Of a DNA stretch of 64,000 nt, positions 25,736 through 38,543 are shown in pieces. Positions within the stretch are counted from its first letter, which is position 1, and each line of letters starts with the position of its first letter. The notes beneath the pieces were generated by a model that worked only from the letters and a program-made list of their open reading frames with translations, ran no database searches and was not told the DNA's origin. This DNA is from Lama guanicoe (taxonomy: Eukaryota): NCBI GenBank assembly GCA_013239625.1, contig MU054117.1, positions 1,362,011-1,426,010 on the forward strand, given 5' to 3'. A program made the translations under genes and the position numbers.

Positions 25736-26419
25736 GATGCTATCTATTTTTATTGAGTGTTGGTGACATACTATGAACTGAACAGAAGCAAAGTTTCTCT
25801 CCCGTATCCAAGGCTCTCACCCTCTAAAAAATGCCCTAACAGACGAACATGCCGCTGTCCTTTCCATTTTAAAACTGTCCTCGCGATACTGACTTCTGCA
25901 CGTCTGCGTGCCTAGAAAGCGCAAATCGCAGTCAAGAGAGTAGAACGCCGCACCTGCACGTTGTCCCTGTGACCGCAGAGGCCCCGGGTAACGTCAGGAT
26001 CCTCTGTGGGCTCATCAGCTTCAGGTTTCTCTTTTGTTTCTGGAAAGGGACGGGGCTAGCACTGTTCTTTTGTCTACAAATTTGATAAATTTGAAATGGA
26101 CACCATGGGGGAGAACAAACTTGAAAAAATGTGGAGGGTAGGCACAAATACTAAAGCTAATGAACGGGAACAGCCATCTGACTTTTCGGGAATAAGAAAA
26201 ATCCTTGGTCCCTCAGTGTGTGTGACAGCAAAGAGTATGTGGTGTAGCTGAGCTCGGGGGCTCAGCTTTACAGAGAGCACTCAGAAGTGTCTAAAGTCAA
26301 ACATTTTTAAATAGCCTGCTTTTCAGAGGGAATGGAATTTCAAGTGAAAAAAAAAGCAAACAAGAATTTTATTTTAGTGCCCACCTAGTAATGTAACTGC
26401 TTCTTTGAGAAAAAGATAC

Positions 26420-26580
26420 TTTGTTTGCTTGGGGGGAGGGGGAGGTAATTAGGTTTCTTTGTGTATTTTTAAATTAATCTTTATTTTATTTTTATTTTTC
26501 AGTGGAGGCACTGGGGATTGAACCCAGGACCTTGTGCCTGCCGAGCACGCCCTCTGCCGCTGAGCCATACCCGCCTCCCC
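26420..26580 (-). mobile_element. Vic-1-like camelid SINE, full length
   Basis: tRNA-derived head, AAACCTAATTACCTCCCC tail, and an approximate TSD (gaaaaaagatactt / gaaaaaaagatgctt). Confidence 0.85.
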
Positions 26581-27984
26581 GAAAAAAAGATGCTTTCTGA
26601 TAACAAAGTAATAACCCTTCATTGGAGAAAAGCTGAAAGATATAGAAAACTATAAAGGAGAAAATAAAAATACCAGAAATAGTTCCTTTCTAGCCAGAGC
26701 CAATTACTGAGACTGAAAGTCAGCTGTTCTAATACCAATACGGCCACTTCGGAGGCAACGCGCGTTGGTGGGGATTAGCGAGTGGCTTTGGAAGCTGTGC
26801 TGAGGCCTCTCCGAAGCAGAGGAACGCGCGCGGGCGGGACCCTTCTGACTCCATCTCCGCGAGTCCTGAGCCCAGAGGGAGAAACGGATGCGAAAGGGGG
26901 TACGTGTGCCCCAAGCCTGGGGCAAGACGCTCTTGCTGCCAATCACTCCCCTGGTCTGCGAGTGACTCCCCTCAGTTAAAGAAAAGGAAGAAAGAGGTGA
27001 GGGGACAGAACCTTTCAAAGTGACTAGAACCCCCTACTGCATGCTGACAGGCCCCCCGACTGCAGAGTGAGCAGGCAGTAAGAGAAATCCAGCTTTCAGC
27101 CACCGGTCTACCCCTCCATCCCTGGTGCTGTAAACTAACAGGTAAGAGCATAGGTAAGCCTGCCCTTTGACCTGCAAATTCTAACAGAATCAAGATGTCT
27201 CTAGAAGTACTCTGCGGTGGCATCTGAGCTTCGAGAAACAGGAAGGACCCCCCCGTCCCCTCCCCGTTCCCTCCCTCCTTCTAGCAAAGTTCAGAAACAG
27301 GAGGCAGACCTTCAAGGCAAATGAGACTCAAAATCTGCTGGTAATTCCTGGATGGTTGGGAACAGCGCGTCAGCCCTCTCTTCCCTGCACACGAGAGACA
27401 CAACCAGTGTTGGAACGACGGTGGTTAACATTTAAGACGGAGCCCTCGGTAAGCGTGCATGTTTAACAGAAGCGCAAGACGGGGAGGAGTGTTCTGTCCC
27501 GGCCTGTGCCGCGTCTCCACCATCCGCATCTCTGGTCTCGGCACCACTCCCGCTGCCCCTGTCACTTTCATCGGTTTCCTTCCACATCAAAGGCTTTGTC
27601 TGGTCTTGTATGTGACCAGCTACCATTTCCCACCCACTTCTTCCTTGCTGTCCTCGAGGACCCTGTGTGACCGAGTCGCCCCCGTTTTCACTCAGGCTTA
27701 CGCCACGCGCTCCACCCGGAACCCTGGAGCGCTCTCGCCTTCAGGATCCGGCTCCTCGCCGCCTGCAAGCTGCCCTGTTCAGCGTCTCCTTTCAGCCCCG
27801 TCACAGTTCCGACCCCACTGGCAGCACCCGCTCCGTCCAAGCCCTGCAGAACTTCGCACGGCCGCGGCGGCCGCTCCGACCGTATCACGTGGCGGGCTGA
27901 CGTCTTTAAAACTTTCTTTCAATGTTTCTATGAGTCTACTATTCTTTCAATTTATTGGGCTGCTAATTTTTGAAACTTTTAACT

Positions 27985-28430
27985 TTTTTCTTTTTTATTG
28001 TGGTAAAATACAGGTAACATAAAATTCACCACCTCAGCCGCTTTGAAGGGCACGGTTCGGGGGTGAGTGCGCTCCCCACGCCTGCACCGGCTCCTGACCC
28101 TCCTCTCGCAAAACTCAAACTGCATCTGCCGAACACTCTCTGCTCCCCTTCCCCATGGTCCCAGCTCCACCCTCGACTTCTCGTCTCTGTGAGTCAGGCT
28201 CCTCTGGGCGCCTCACGTAAGGGAACCGTGAAGCGTTTGTCCTTTGTGACCAGCTTATGTCACTTAACACACGGTCCTCAAGGTTCATCCCTGTGGCTGT
28301 GGGGGTGGGTGGTCAGAACCGCCCTCTTTTTCAAAGCTGAACAATGTCCACTGTATGCAGACATCACACTTTGTCCGTTCACCAGCCGATGGACATCTGG
28401 GCTGCTCCCACCTGCTGACTGCTGTGAATG
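27985..28430 (-). mobile_element. L1MB-type 3' end fragment
   Basis: ttttattgtggtaaaatacaggtaacataaaattcacc...tttgtcctttgtgaccagcttatgtcacttaac...tcaaggttcatcc...gatggacatctgggctgctcccacct. Confidence 0.75.
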
Positions 28431-29171
28431 CCCCTATCTTTAATTTCTAAAATACATTATTTTCCTTTCAGAGTCTTGGTGCATGACTGTGAACACCAGA
28501 AGCGCACAAACACGGTTAAGTTTCTGCATCGCATGTGCCTACACTGTTCACATTTTTTTTCTTTCCCTGCAGTGACTCTCCAGACTCCGACGTTACCTGC
28601 CAGTCTTCCTATTTGCCTGAGGCCTTCTTAGTTGCCGCTGGGGCACAGGCTCCATGAAGGCAGGGTCTCTGTCTGTCAAGCTCACTGTGCAGCCCAGGTG
28701 CCAAGGACAGTCCCTGCCGCGAGTGGGCAGTGCACAAACGCACCCTCCCTCTGGGGCCCCCGTCACCTGCGGCAGTGGTTCCCAACAGCCCCAGTGTTGT
28801 CCCGTATTCTGAGCTGTGGGAACAAGCCCTGCCTTTGGTGATACAAGATCTACGTTATGCCACAGTGTAATAAACAAAGAGACAACGGACAAGGAAATTC
28901 TCGGCACGTGAAAGTCAGTCCTAAGTGCCTACTGAGGGGGGCGTCTGTGAGGGGGAAGGAGGCTGACTTGCAGAGCCCGGGAAGAGTTCAAGAATGAGTA
29001 AGTCCGTGGCTGCGGACGGGTGTGCAACTCACAAAAGTGTATCAGACTTGCTGGACAAACAGCGGTTCCCAAACACGACAGAAATGATCGCAAGTGGAAG
29101 TCTGTGTTCAGCTCCTGACCAGCCGCATCTGAACTTCAGAGGATGTCCAGCTATACTTTTAAGAAGCTTTC

Positions 29172-29412
29172 GGGGGCGGGGGGGATAAATCAGGAATTTG
29201 GGGTTAACAGTAACAAGGACCTACTGTACAGCACAGGGAACTATATTCATTATCTTATAATAAACTATAATGGAAAAGAATCTAAAAAAGTTACATATTA
29301 TGTGTGTGTGTGTATACACGTACATATATAACTGAATATATATACACACAAAAACTGAATCACTTTACCATCAATCAACTATACTCTAATTTTAAAAATA
29401 AATTGAAAAAAA
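29172..29412 (+). mobile_element. 5'-truncated artiodactyl-type L1 3' end with poly(A) and a perfect 11-bp TSD
   Basis: ggataaatcaggaatttgggg...ctactgtacagcacagggaactatattc...aatcaactatactctaa. TSD AAGAAGCTTTC at 29161-29171 and 29413-29423. Confidence 0.85.
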
Positions 29413-29680
29413 AAGAAGCTTTCTAGGTAATTTCGAGACCTGCTACTTCACAGAAAGATGAACTAATTTAAAAGACCAGCAGTAAGGCGTTAGGTTTCCC
29501 TGATTCCCCACATCTTTGCCAAGACCGAGTTTTTAATATTTGTATTTACTTTTCCAAATTCTTAAGTATATACAGACCCTTCCAATCCCACTGTAAAAGT
29601 GATCAGCTATACCAAACTCCTAAATTCTGAGGACAGTGCACATGCTCACAGTTGGTCATCGCTGGGCTTAGCGATGTCAC

Positions 29681-29748
29681 GCACAGAGACCGCCGTGGCA
29701 CGGCCCGGCCCAGCACAGAGACCCCCGTGGCACGGCCCCGCCCAGCAC
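29681..29748 (+). repeat. 32-bp tandem duplication, about 2 copies
   Basis: gcacagagaccgccgtggcacggcccggccca followed by gcacagagacccccgtggcacggccccgccca. Confidence 0.85.
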
Positions 29749-30789
29749 TGTCTGAAAGGCGAGCATTTCGTGACGTATCCACAGGCAAATCTCCGCCTAT
29801 CTTCACTGCGAGGGCCGTCACAAGACAGACAGGTGAATCAGATCTTCAGCTTCTAAATCTCTGCCTTTAAAACTAGCTGTCAAGCCAAGGGAGTTTGTTG
29901 GGGATTTACTCAAATCCTATCAAAATCCCTCGTGAGTTATGTCCTAAACCCCGTGATTTGTGTTGGAAGTCGGGGGTGGGGGGGAGGAGGAATAGCTTCG
30001 CATGAGCCGCGACAGATAAAGTTAAGTGGTGGGTTCGCAGTAACACCTGGGGATGCTGTGCACAGAAGATTTGACTGCCTTTTCTTTCATTTTGTCTTTG
30101 CTATTTCATAACAGCATGTCCTTCGCCTCATGTTTGATGGTATAACATGAACAGCCATTTCAGAACATGAATCTCCCTCGTAAAGATACAGTCGCTTCAG
30201 AGCACGGCCCGCTGGATTCCGCTGTACTCACGCTTCGGGCTGTATCATTTACTGTGTCCTTTTTCCTTAGGAGGTTTCTGTTTCCAAAGGAAAATAACAT
30301 CTTCTTACATTGCTTCTCTGAACCCAAACACCAGAACCCCCCCCATATTCAGACGTCTGTTCTGAGAATCACTGAAGGCTTTAAGCAGTTAATCCCTGCA
30401 CTCTGTCACTGTCCCACTGTTTACTCAAACTTCTCCAGCCGTAGACGGATAACACGTCCCCACCAGCTGTCCACATGGGGCTACCGTGGGGGCCGCCTGC
30501 CTTTTCGTCAGCCTGCCCTGCACGCCAAGTCTGTCCGCTCTGACACTTGCTAGAACACTGCCAGTGGGATCACGGCCCTCGGTTCTCCACCCTCTCAGCA
30601 CAACCGAGAACGAAGCGCGTCTTGATTTCACAAAAAAGCCAACATTACACAGAACAGCTAATGTTTGGATCTGGGGTACACTAACTGAAAAAAGAAGTAC
30701 GAACAGTTTCAGTGAGTAAATATCCAAACTCTTCAAGCCGTCTGTGAAGCATATGAAAGCTGCAGAGACACACGTGAGTGACTGCTGGA

Positions 30790-31030
30790 GCCACCGAGAG
30801 AGGACCAGAGATGTGGGGCCACTGAGAGAGGACCAGAGATGATGGGGCCACCGAGAGAGGACCAGAGATGCTGGGGCCGCCAAGAGAGGACCAGGGATGT
30901 GGGGGCTGCCGAGAGTGGACAAGAGATGCGGGGGGCCGCCGAGAGAGGACCAGAGATATGGGGCTGCCGAGAGAGGACCAGAGATGCCTGGGCTGCTGAG
31001 AGAGGACCAGAGATGTGGGGGCTGCTGAGA
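30790..31030 (+). repeat. Minisatellite of about 8.3 units of 28-30 bp (GCYRCCGAGAGAGGACCAGAGATGTGGG)
   Basis: Eight consecutive gagaggaccagagat-type cores read directly from the sequence. Confidence 0.95.
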
Positions 31031-32219
31031 TCATGAAGGTCACCACGGCACTTTCTGGCCAGAACAGATGAAAACAAACTCTGTAACTTACTACCTTCCT
31101 GTGGTAATGATTCCACAATTCAATCATTCATCTGCTATCAGTTTGTTGGCAAAAAACTGTAAGAACAACTCCTTTCCTGTGCATGTCTGGAAAGAAACAT
31201 CTGGTGGGGAAATCCTGCAGGAGCAGGCGGTGACTACGCGTGCATCTGGGGGATGGACGTTACTACTGCCGGCAGAGCTGGTCTCGTCTTCCCTGTGTCT
31301 TCCCTTAGGCTCCAGCCACCTGTCAGCTGCCAGGCTCACACTAGGAGGCACGGGCACTACACCTGCCTTTCCATCTTACACACAAGGGGCGCATGACCAC
31401 AGGGGCACTGGGGGGGGGTGTAGACTCTTCTGATAAAAGTGTTTTTTTTTAAGTTCTGCAGTTTTTCTGCATTAGTAACATTATTTTTAAAGGAAAGATA
31501 CGTTCAAGAACAGCACAGCAGCCACCATCACTGCCTACCGAGCCACACATCTCCTTCCCAAAGACACAGGGAAGCGACAACTGAACATACTGCTTCAAAA
31601 CAAGCTTTAGAATTCACGTGAACTAAAAGCGGGTTTAAAATTTTAACTACTTATTTTAACAACAGTCATAAAGATTTAAAACCCACAGAAAATAGTAGCT
31701 CTTCCTGTATGGTGACCTGGCCTCGGACCTCCCGCCCCTCTGAGGGGACCTCTGTCTGCCTTATGGTACAGCAGCGTCCACATCGTTCCCGTTTCGGAAA
31801 CCTCATCAGTGGCATGAACCTCGTCACGTCCACCTTCAACTCAGCCGATTCCGATGCAGTGGTCGTGCTCGCCTGGTGCCTTGCTTACAGGGGAAATTCC
31901 GTTTTCCCAAGTGTCATTCACCCTGCGACTAGTTAGCCTGGCTGATCAGAGCAAGTGTAATAAGGACAAAAGACATTCTCTGATTTCCAGTCTGTTTCAC
32001 AGCAAAATTTTTACCTGTAGACACAGTTATTCTCTAGATCAGCATCTGTCAAAGTGTATTCCCCAGAAGCGAGGTGAGAGACACTAAAAAACATCCCGTG
32101 AAGAAAGATTCCCGTGGCCAGATAACTAGGAGGAACACTGAACCCAACAGGATGCTGGCACAGAACTTCTAAGAGCTTCTTACGGTGGGAGCTACGCACC
32201 TTTAACAGGAGTGTGTTTT

Positions 32220-32563
32220 GGGGTGGGGGCTGCCCGGGTGCCGCCCTCAGGCCAAGTCTGTCCGCCCAGTATTTACGTTCAGTCCATGAGCAAAGAATGG
32301 CTTTTACATTTTTATGTGGTTAAAAAATTAAAGAAAAGAATAATATTTTTGTGACATAATATAAAATAATATTTTGCGAAAATGTGAAATTTAAATTCCA
32401 GTGTCTATAAGTGAAGTTTTTATGGAACACAAACATGCTCATTTGTTTATGTGTTTTCTACGGCTGCTCGAAGGAAACCTAAGTGGTGTGACAGAGCCCA
32501 AAGGCCCACAAAACCCAACATATCTGCTACCTGGCACTCTGCAGCAGAAGTGTGCCAACCCTG
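32220..32563 (+). mobile_element. MER58-like hAT-Charlie non-autonomous DNA transposon
   Basis: gagcaaagaatggcttttacattttt...gtctataagtgaagtttttatggaacaca...ggcccacaaaacccaacatatctgctacctggcactctgcagcagaagtgtgccaaccctg. Confidence 0.75.
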
Positions 32564-35088
32564 TTACAAACCACTTCCAAACTCGCTCGAATGGAACCCT
32601 ACTTCCTTGTTTTCCGAGTGGAACACCCAGTTAATACCTTGAGACACACAGTATCCCAAGAAAACAGTCTGGAGAGTGGTGACTTAAGGATAAGCCAGTG
32701 GCTCTTCAAGAGACTGAATGAAAGAGTCTTAATGAGTAAAAGCCTGCCGTGACCATCATGCCGCCGGGATCACCCCACAGCCAGATGCTCCGCTCAGCAC
32801 TTCACACGGATTAGCGATTAATCCCGACAAGCACCCGGGAGCCTGGGGAGGAGACCTCGAGCAGGCTGCTGCACCGACGGGCAGGAGTGAGAGCGGGTGC
32901 GGCAAAGCTCTGCCTCGAAGGTGCTGGAGGTAATGCGCGAGACCGGCGAGAGCGGGGCGGGGGGTGCGGGAGCACTGGTGGAAGGAAAGTCTGCGAAGGG
33001 CAGTGGCCTGAGAGGCAGAAGAGAACAAGGAGTGCATGGGTGTGTCTTGGAAGCCAAAGAAAGTTTCAAGAAATAAGAAGTGATCAAATACTTCGAAGTG
33101 TTTACAGACACGTCCAAAGACTGCGAAATTCCCCTTGGACTTAGCTCTTCGAACGTCACTAGTAGGTCAGTGCTGGGGCGGAAGCCACGCTGGGAAGGGC
33201 TGAGGAGTACACAGCCGTGAAGAAGTGGAAAGAGGCATAAATCAGTCCTTCAGGATGACAGAGAGCAAAACTAGAAGCCCCGGCTCTCAGGGCAGCAAAA
33301 AGCCTTACAGACCATCAGATCCACCCGCGAAAATCACGGCTCGGTTTCGTTCTGTTACATTCCTGTCGCGTGGCCCTTCCGTTCATGCCGAAGCCCATCC
33401 GAAGCCACGGAACTCCAGCCGCCCAGAGCCACCTCCGCGGGCTCTGACCCCTCCCCCTGAGAAGCCACTTTGTAAAGCCAATCCCGCAGGCTCCTCTTCG
33501 TGACTTCCTTAGTTTCATCCCTTTAGACCACATTAGACATTTAGTCACTCTTCCCACATAACTGTCTTTAAAATACCTAGAAATGCTGGCCTTTCTCCTT
33601 AGTGCTAAGTGATTACTTGCCAAGCGTTTGTGACCACGGCGCCGTGGCTTCGTTCTTCCCCAAGCCCACGGACCCTGAAGAGAAGTCGCGTGGAGCCAGA
33701 CCTGTAAGAACTGGCATTTCGTGGGCTGATTGGCGGATGGATTTCCGAGACAAGCAATTGTGTCCAGAGTTTTCATTTAAAGCAACCTGCAGGCTGTATC
33801 ACGTGTAAAGTTCATCCTCTAAATCTCAGTTAAGTAGCGCCAATACGTGTTGAGCCTCCCGCCTTGATTATCTTGGAGGACAAAGTAAGACTTAAGAAAT
33901 TAGTATGAAGGGTACTAACAAAATGTGGGTCTTCAATGGCTCTTTCATGATTAGACTGATATTAAGGCATTTTACTGGAATTAAAGTATAGCATCATCGA
34001 GGGCTGTTCCTGCTTGAGTCACACGAGACGTGATGCCACGACCCCGAGGACGGCATTATTGCTGACAAAGGGGCTTTCGTCTCCTGACTGGCTCGGAGCT
34101 CAGAGGTCTTTTCTGCCTGGCTTCTGGGGCAATCTCTGCAGAACAGGGGCCCTTAACACACCATCTCTCTGCTGCTGCCCTGGGAAGTAAGAGAAGAGAA
34201 AGCCTTTTGCTAAGGGAAAAAGAAAAAAAAATAACATTGTATCTTAGTTTATAAGGTTCGCTACTTGATCTGCCCAAAGGCACCTCTGGGCAAGACTTAA
34301 CTGCTTCTCTAACCTGAGAGTTTCGTCACCGGCAGAACTCAGAGACCGGACTGAGCACACACGCTTACACGGCATGAGCCTACACTTCAAAAAGAGAAAC
34401 AGGTACTTCGAACAACATAGTCCTGTCTAGAGTAAACACACGTTGTCTCGCGCAGGGGATCATGAACACAGGAAGTTTTATGTGCATGCACTTTGAAAGA
34501 AACTGAAAGTAAAAGTAAAACCGTTACGGTCTCCGCCCCCATCGTCTCTCACCATGCGTGTTATTTAATTCTTGCAAATTCCTGTGACCACCGCGTTGCG
34601 CGCGCTTCCGGAGACCTGCTCGAAGAGGTGCGGGGGTGGACTGAAGGGGTCGCAGAATGGGAGGTGATTTGGGGACCCACTGACAGGTCCAATTTGGTGT
34701 TTCCTGGATTAAGAAGGTGAATTTGAAGAACATTCTCGCCACAAAAAGCCACGGCTCTACGTCAAAGATAATTATACAAATTCACAAGCTGCACGTGATG
34801 ACAGTCAGGCCAGCCACCGTATGGCGCCCAGCCGGCGCTCCCAGCCTGATGCTTCAGTCACCTGGAAATTTCTGATTTCCTTTCTTAGTGCCTTTTTAAT
34901 CCTTTTCACTTAAAATGCTGTCTTCTAATCCTCTTGCCTCCGCTGCTTCAGCTCAGTTCAGCGCACACTTACTAAATGTCTTCTTTGTGACAAGGGTGAC
35001 ACTAACCACTGAGCCAAGACAAGCAGTCTTACAACATCATCCTGAGAAATGGTCCGGGTGGGAGGAGCCGGGTGGCGGGCTGGGGTCT

Positions 35089-35154
35089 CGAGGTGGGCAG
35101 AGCCCCGGGGGGGCCACGAGGTGGGCAGAGCCCCGGGGGGGCCACGAGGCGGGC
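35089..35154 (+). repeat. 28-bp G-rich tandem repeat, about 2.3 copies
   Basis: cgaggtgggcagagccccgggggggcca occurs twice, followed by a partial copy. Confidence 0.9.
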
Positions 35155-35539
35155 GCAGCCTCGGGCCCCCGGCTGCCCTGGGGAGAGCAGGGAACTTCCG
35201 CATGTCGCGTCGTGTCGGATGGAAACACGGCCGAGCGGGTCTCTGGGCCTCACAGGCGGTGCACACCAGGCGCTGATTTACTTATCAACCAAGAAGGAAC
35301 GGGTTGCTTCCTTCTGAAAAGTTACTTGTAAAACTGGAACATAAACGCTCTCCAATCTGCCTGGTTAACCACTTACATCTAGAAAGTACTTCCCCCTGCA
35401 CTTCATTAATAATATCTCTCCACTAAAATAAGAGAATCTTAAATTGTTTAAGCATATAAATCTTTGTGTTCTGGATACTTCAGCTGAAAAACAAGCATGT
35501 GTAATTATTTTATAAAATACATGCGTTTAAAAATTTCAA

Positions 35540-36560
35540 ATAATAAGAGACTGAGAAGACCAGTCACAAACTGGGAGAAAATATGCAAACGACACATCTG
35601 ATAAAGGACTGTTACCCAAAATACACAAAGAACTCCTAGAACTCAACGATAAGAACCTGATGAGAAATGGGCAGAGGCCCGGACACCGCACGTGAAAGCA
35701 GCTCCACGGCACCGGGCAGACGCGCCCGGACGCGGCACGGTCCCACTGCACGCCTAGGGCACAGCCACCACCCGGGCCCCGACAGCGCCCAGTGCTGGCG
35801 CCCATGGGGAGCAGCGCGGACCCTCACGCGCTGCTGGCGGAAGTGCAGACACACGGGCCCCGTGGAAGACAGCGTGGGAGGCTCTCGCTCGGAAAACCAG
35901 ACCTGCGCTGACCGCGGGGTCCAGCAGCCATGCTCCTCGGCGTTCACCAGACGGACGAAAACTTGTTTCACACAAAAGGCCCGGACAGGGACGTTTACAG
36001 CAGCCTTATTCACAATTGCCGAAACTTGGAAAACACCTTCAGTAGGTGAGTGGTAAACTGTGGCACACCCAGACGAGAAAATATTATTTGGCGCCAAGAG
36101 GCAGAGAGCTATAAAGCCGTGAAAAGCTGTGGAAGAAACTTTAATTCATATTACCAAGTGGAAGAAGCCACTCGGCAGGTTTACGTACTACACACTCCAA
36201 CTACACGACATTTTGGAAAAGGCAAATTGTGGAGGCAGCAAAAAGCCTAGTGTTGCCAGGGGCTGGGGGAGGCGGGTGGAGCGCAGAGGACTCCCCGGCA
36301 GTGAGAACCCTCTGTGCGACACCGCCGTGGTGGGTACGTGTCAGCGCACATCTGCCAAAACCCACAGAACTGCAGAAGCACGAGCGGACCCCACGTGAAG
36401 TGCGGACTTTGGGTGACAAGGATGTACCAGTGCAGGCTCACTGGTGATGATCAACGTGCCTGCAGACGTCCCCGAGGGAGACGGTGCAGGGATGGGGATG
36501 GGGCAGAAAGGAGAACCCCAAGTGTACATACACGTGGTTTTGTGTTTCTCTCCAACTGTA
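35540..36560 (+). mobile_element. L1MC-like ORF2 3' end and 3'UTR, strongly GC-shifted in its middle
   Basis: aactgggagaaaatatgcaaacgacacatctgataaaggactgttacccaaaatacacaaagaactc; acagcagccttattcacaattgccgaaacttggaa; ttttggaaaaggcaaa. Confidence 0.8.
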
Positions 36561-37250
36561 TCTCTCAGCCTTTAGTCAAGAGTCAAACAGACGCGAGCTT
36601 TATTTCCCAGGGTTCGTGTGGCTAAGGACTGTGAGCTCGGTTACAAGATGATGGCGAAAACGCACCATGAGGGGTTTTCACAGCATAAACTCTCAAGCTG
36701 TCCCGGAGTTTTCCCTTTCTCCCTCCTGAGAAATCACCGTCTTCCTGGCTCAACGCAGAGAGGATCTCATGTTTAAAGTGTATTAAAAATACCCTTCCTT
36801 CCGCTGAAATTTTGACAGAATCTACTGAGTTCTGAGAGCAAAGGTCAGGATTAGCTAGGAGACCACCACCACAAAACTGAGTCAGTTATCTCAAACAGAC
36901 AGAACAAAATGAAATAAAAGCTGCTCCCCCAAACTGGGCAATCCCCGCCTCAGCCCCCAAGACAATGTTAACATAGTTAGATGTCTTATTATAAACAAAG
37001 GTGAAGACGTTTTTACAGTTAATGTATGAAATCCAGGATGTAAAAGACGAGGCTCAGACCCGGTTCACGTCACCACATGCACACGTGGTTCGCATGCCCG
37101 GCACTCATCAAGGTGCCTCCCCTGAGAGAAAAGCACCGACACTAGAGTCGGGAGGGAGACCGTGAGGAAGGTTCGTGACACAGGTGCTCAGAGAGGATGG
37201 AGGGATGAGCCAGTAACAGCTACATAACTTCCCTTAAAAAATGAGTCAAC

Positions 37251-37764
37251 ATCAACAGCCGACTGGATAAAGAAGATGTGGTATATTTATACGATGGAAT
37301 ACTACGCAGCCACAAAAACGACAACATAATGTCATTTGCAGCAACATGGATGTCCCTGGAGAATGTCATTCCAAGTGAAGTAAGCCAGAAAGAGAAAGAA
37401 AAATACCATATGAGATCGTTCATACGTGGAATCTAAAGAAAGAAAGAACATAAATACAAAATAGAAACAGACTCACAGACACAGAATACAAACTTGTGGT
37501 TGCCAAGGGGACAGGGGGTGGGAAGGGACAGACTGGGAGTTCAAAATTTGTATATCCTGGCAGGCATATGCAGAACAGACAAACACGATTATACTGTGTA
37601 GCATAGGGAAACATATACAAGATCTTGTGGTAGCTCACAGCAAAAAAAAAGTGACAATCAACAGATGTATGTTCATGTATAACTGAAAAATTGTGCTCTA
37701 CACTGGAATTGGACACAATATTGTAAAATGACTGCAACTCAATAAAAAATGTAAAAAAAAAAAA
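37251..37764 (+). mobile_element. Young 5'-truncated L1 (ORF2 C-terminus, 3'UTR, poly(A)) with TSD
   Basis: gactggataaagaagatgtggtatatttatacgatggaatactac...tttgcagcaacatggatg...aataaaaaatgtaaaaaaaaaaaa. TSD gagtcaacatcaa (37243-37255) / gactcaacatcaa (37765-37777), preceded by a TT/AAAA endonuclease site. Confidence 0.92.
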
Positions 37765-38543
37765 GACTCAACATCAATACCAACATAACCAAAGTCTGAA
37801 ATTACAACACAATTGGCTTCAAGGAAGAGCAGACAAGTAGTTTTAAAATCAACATTTATTTGTTCCTCTGAAGAAGAACAGCAAAAACAGAGGTGGAATG
37901 AAGTGGCAGTACACTTCTTAGGGCTAAAATGTAGGAGCCGGGAAACACTGCATCCTTAGCAAAAGGGGACCAGAGACAGGCGTTCGCGGCATATCACTCA
38001 GCGGAATGTTATGATACCATTTAAAATAATGATATAAATCAACATCAACTGATTTATAAAGATTTTTCATACTTACTGCTAAGTGGCAAAAATCTTTATG
38101 TGAAGATACAAACAGAATGAAGTCTGAACAGTCATACAACAAACAATTGGCTAACTCTAGGGGAGAGAGAAACGGCCAGAGAACAAACGCTTCCGAGCTT
38201 CAGCAAAGACATGGACACACCCCCAAGTCCAGGAGTCTTCAGATTCAAAGAATCTTCACTTACGGTCAAGGTATTTCAGTAAATTCGTACTTCGAGGCCC
38301 TGTATCCATAGCCATGGCAAACAAAGAGTGGTCTGGAAAGCCACCGCGGGGCTCAAACACAATTTAAACATATGTGTGGACCAGAAACGGAGAAGCACCA
38401 AGAGGTCCTAGGGCCGCAGCCACAGCCTGCCGGGAGTCCAGACCAGCCAGAGGCCGGGGTGGCGCGACTCTGATTCTCACAGGGGCACCAAACGCGCTTC
38501 ACAGCAGACACAGGCTCACCACTCACACTAGGAGCCAAGATCC

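Noticed and set aside
30790..31030. Regular 29-bp repeats resembling a CRISPR array, and the repetitive ORFs over them
   Set aside because: Units are head-to-tail with no unique spacers, there are no cas genes and the context is mammalian. It is a minisatellite.
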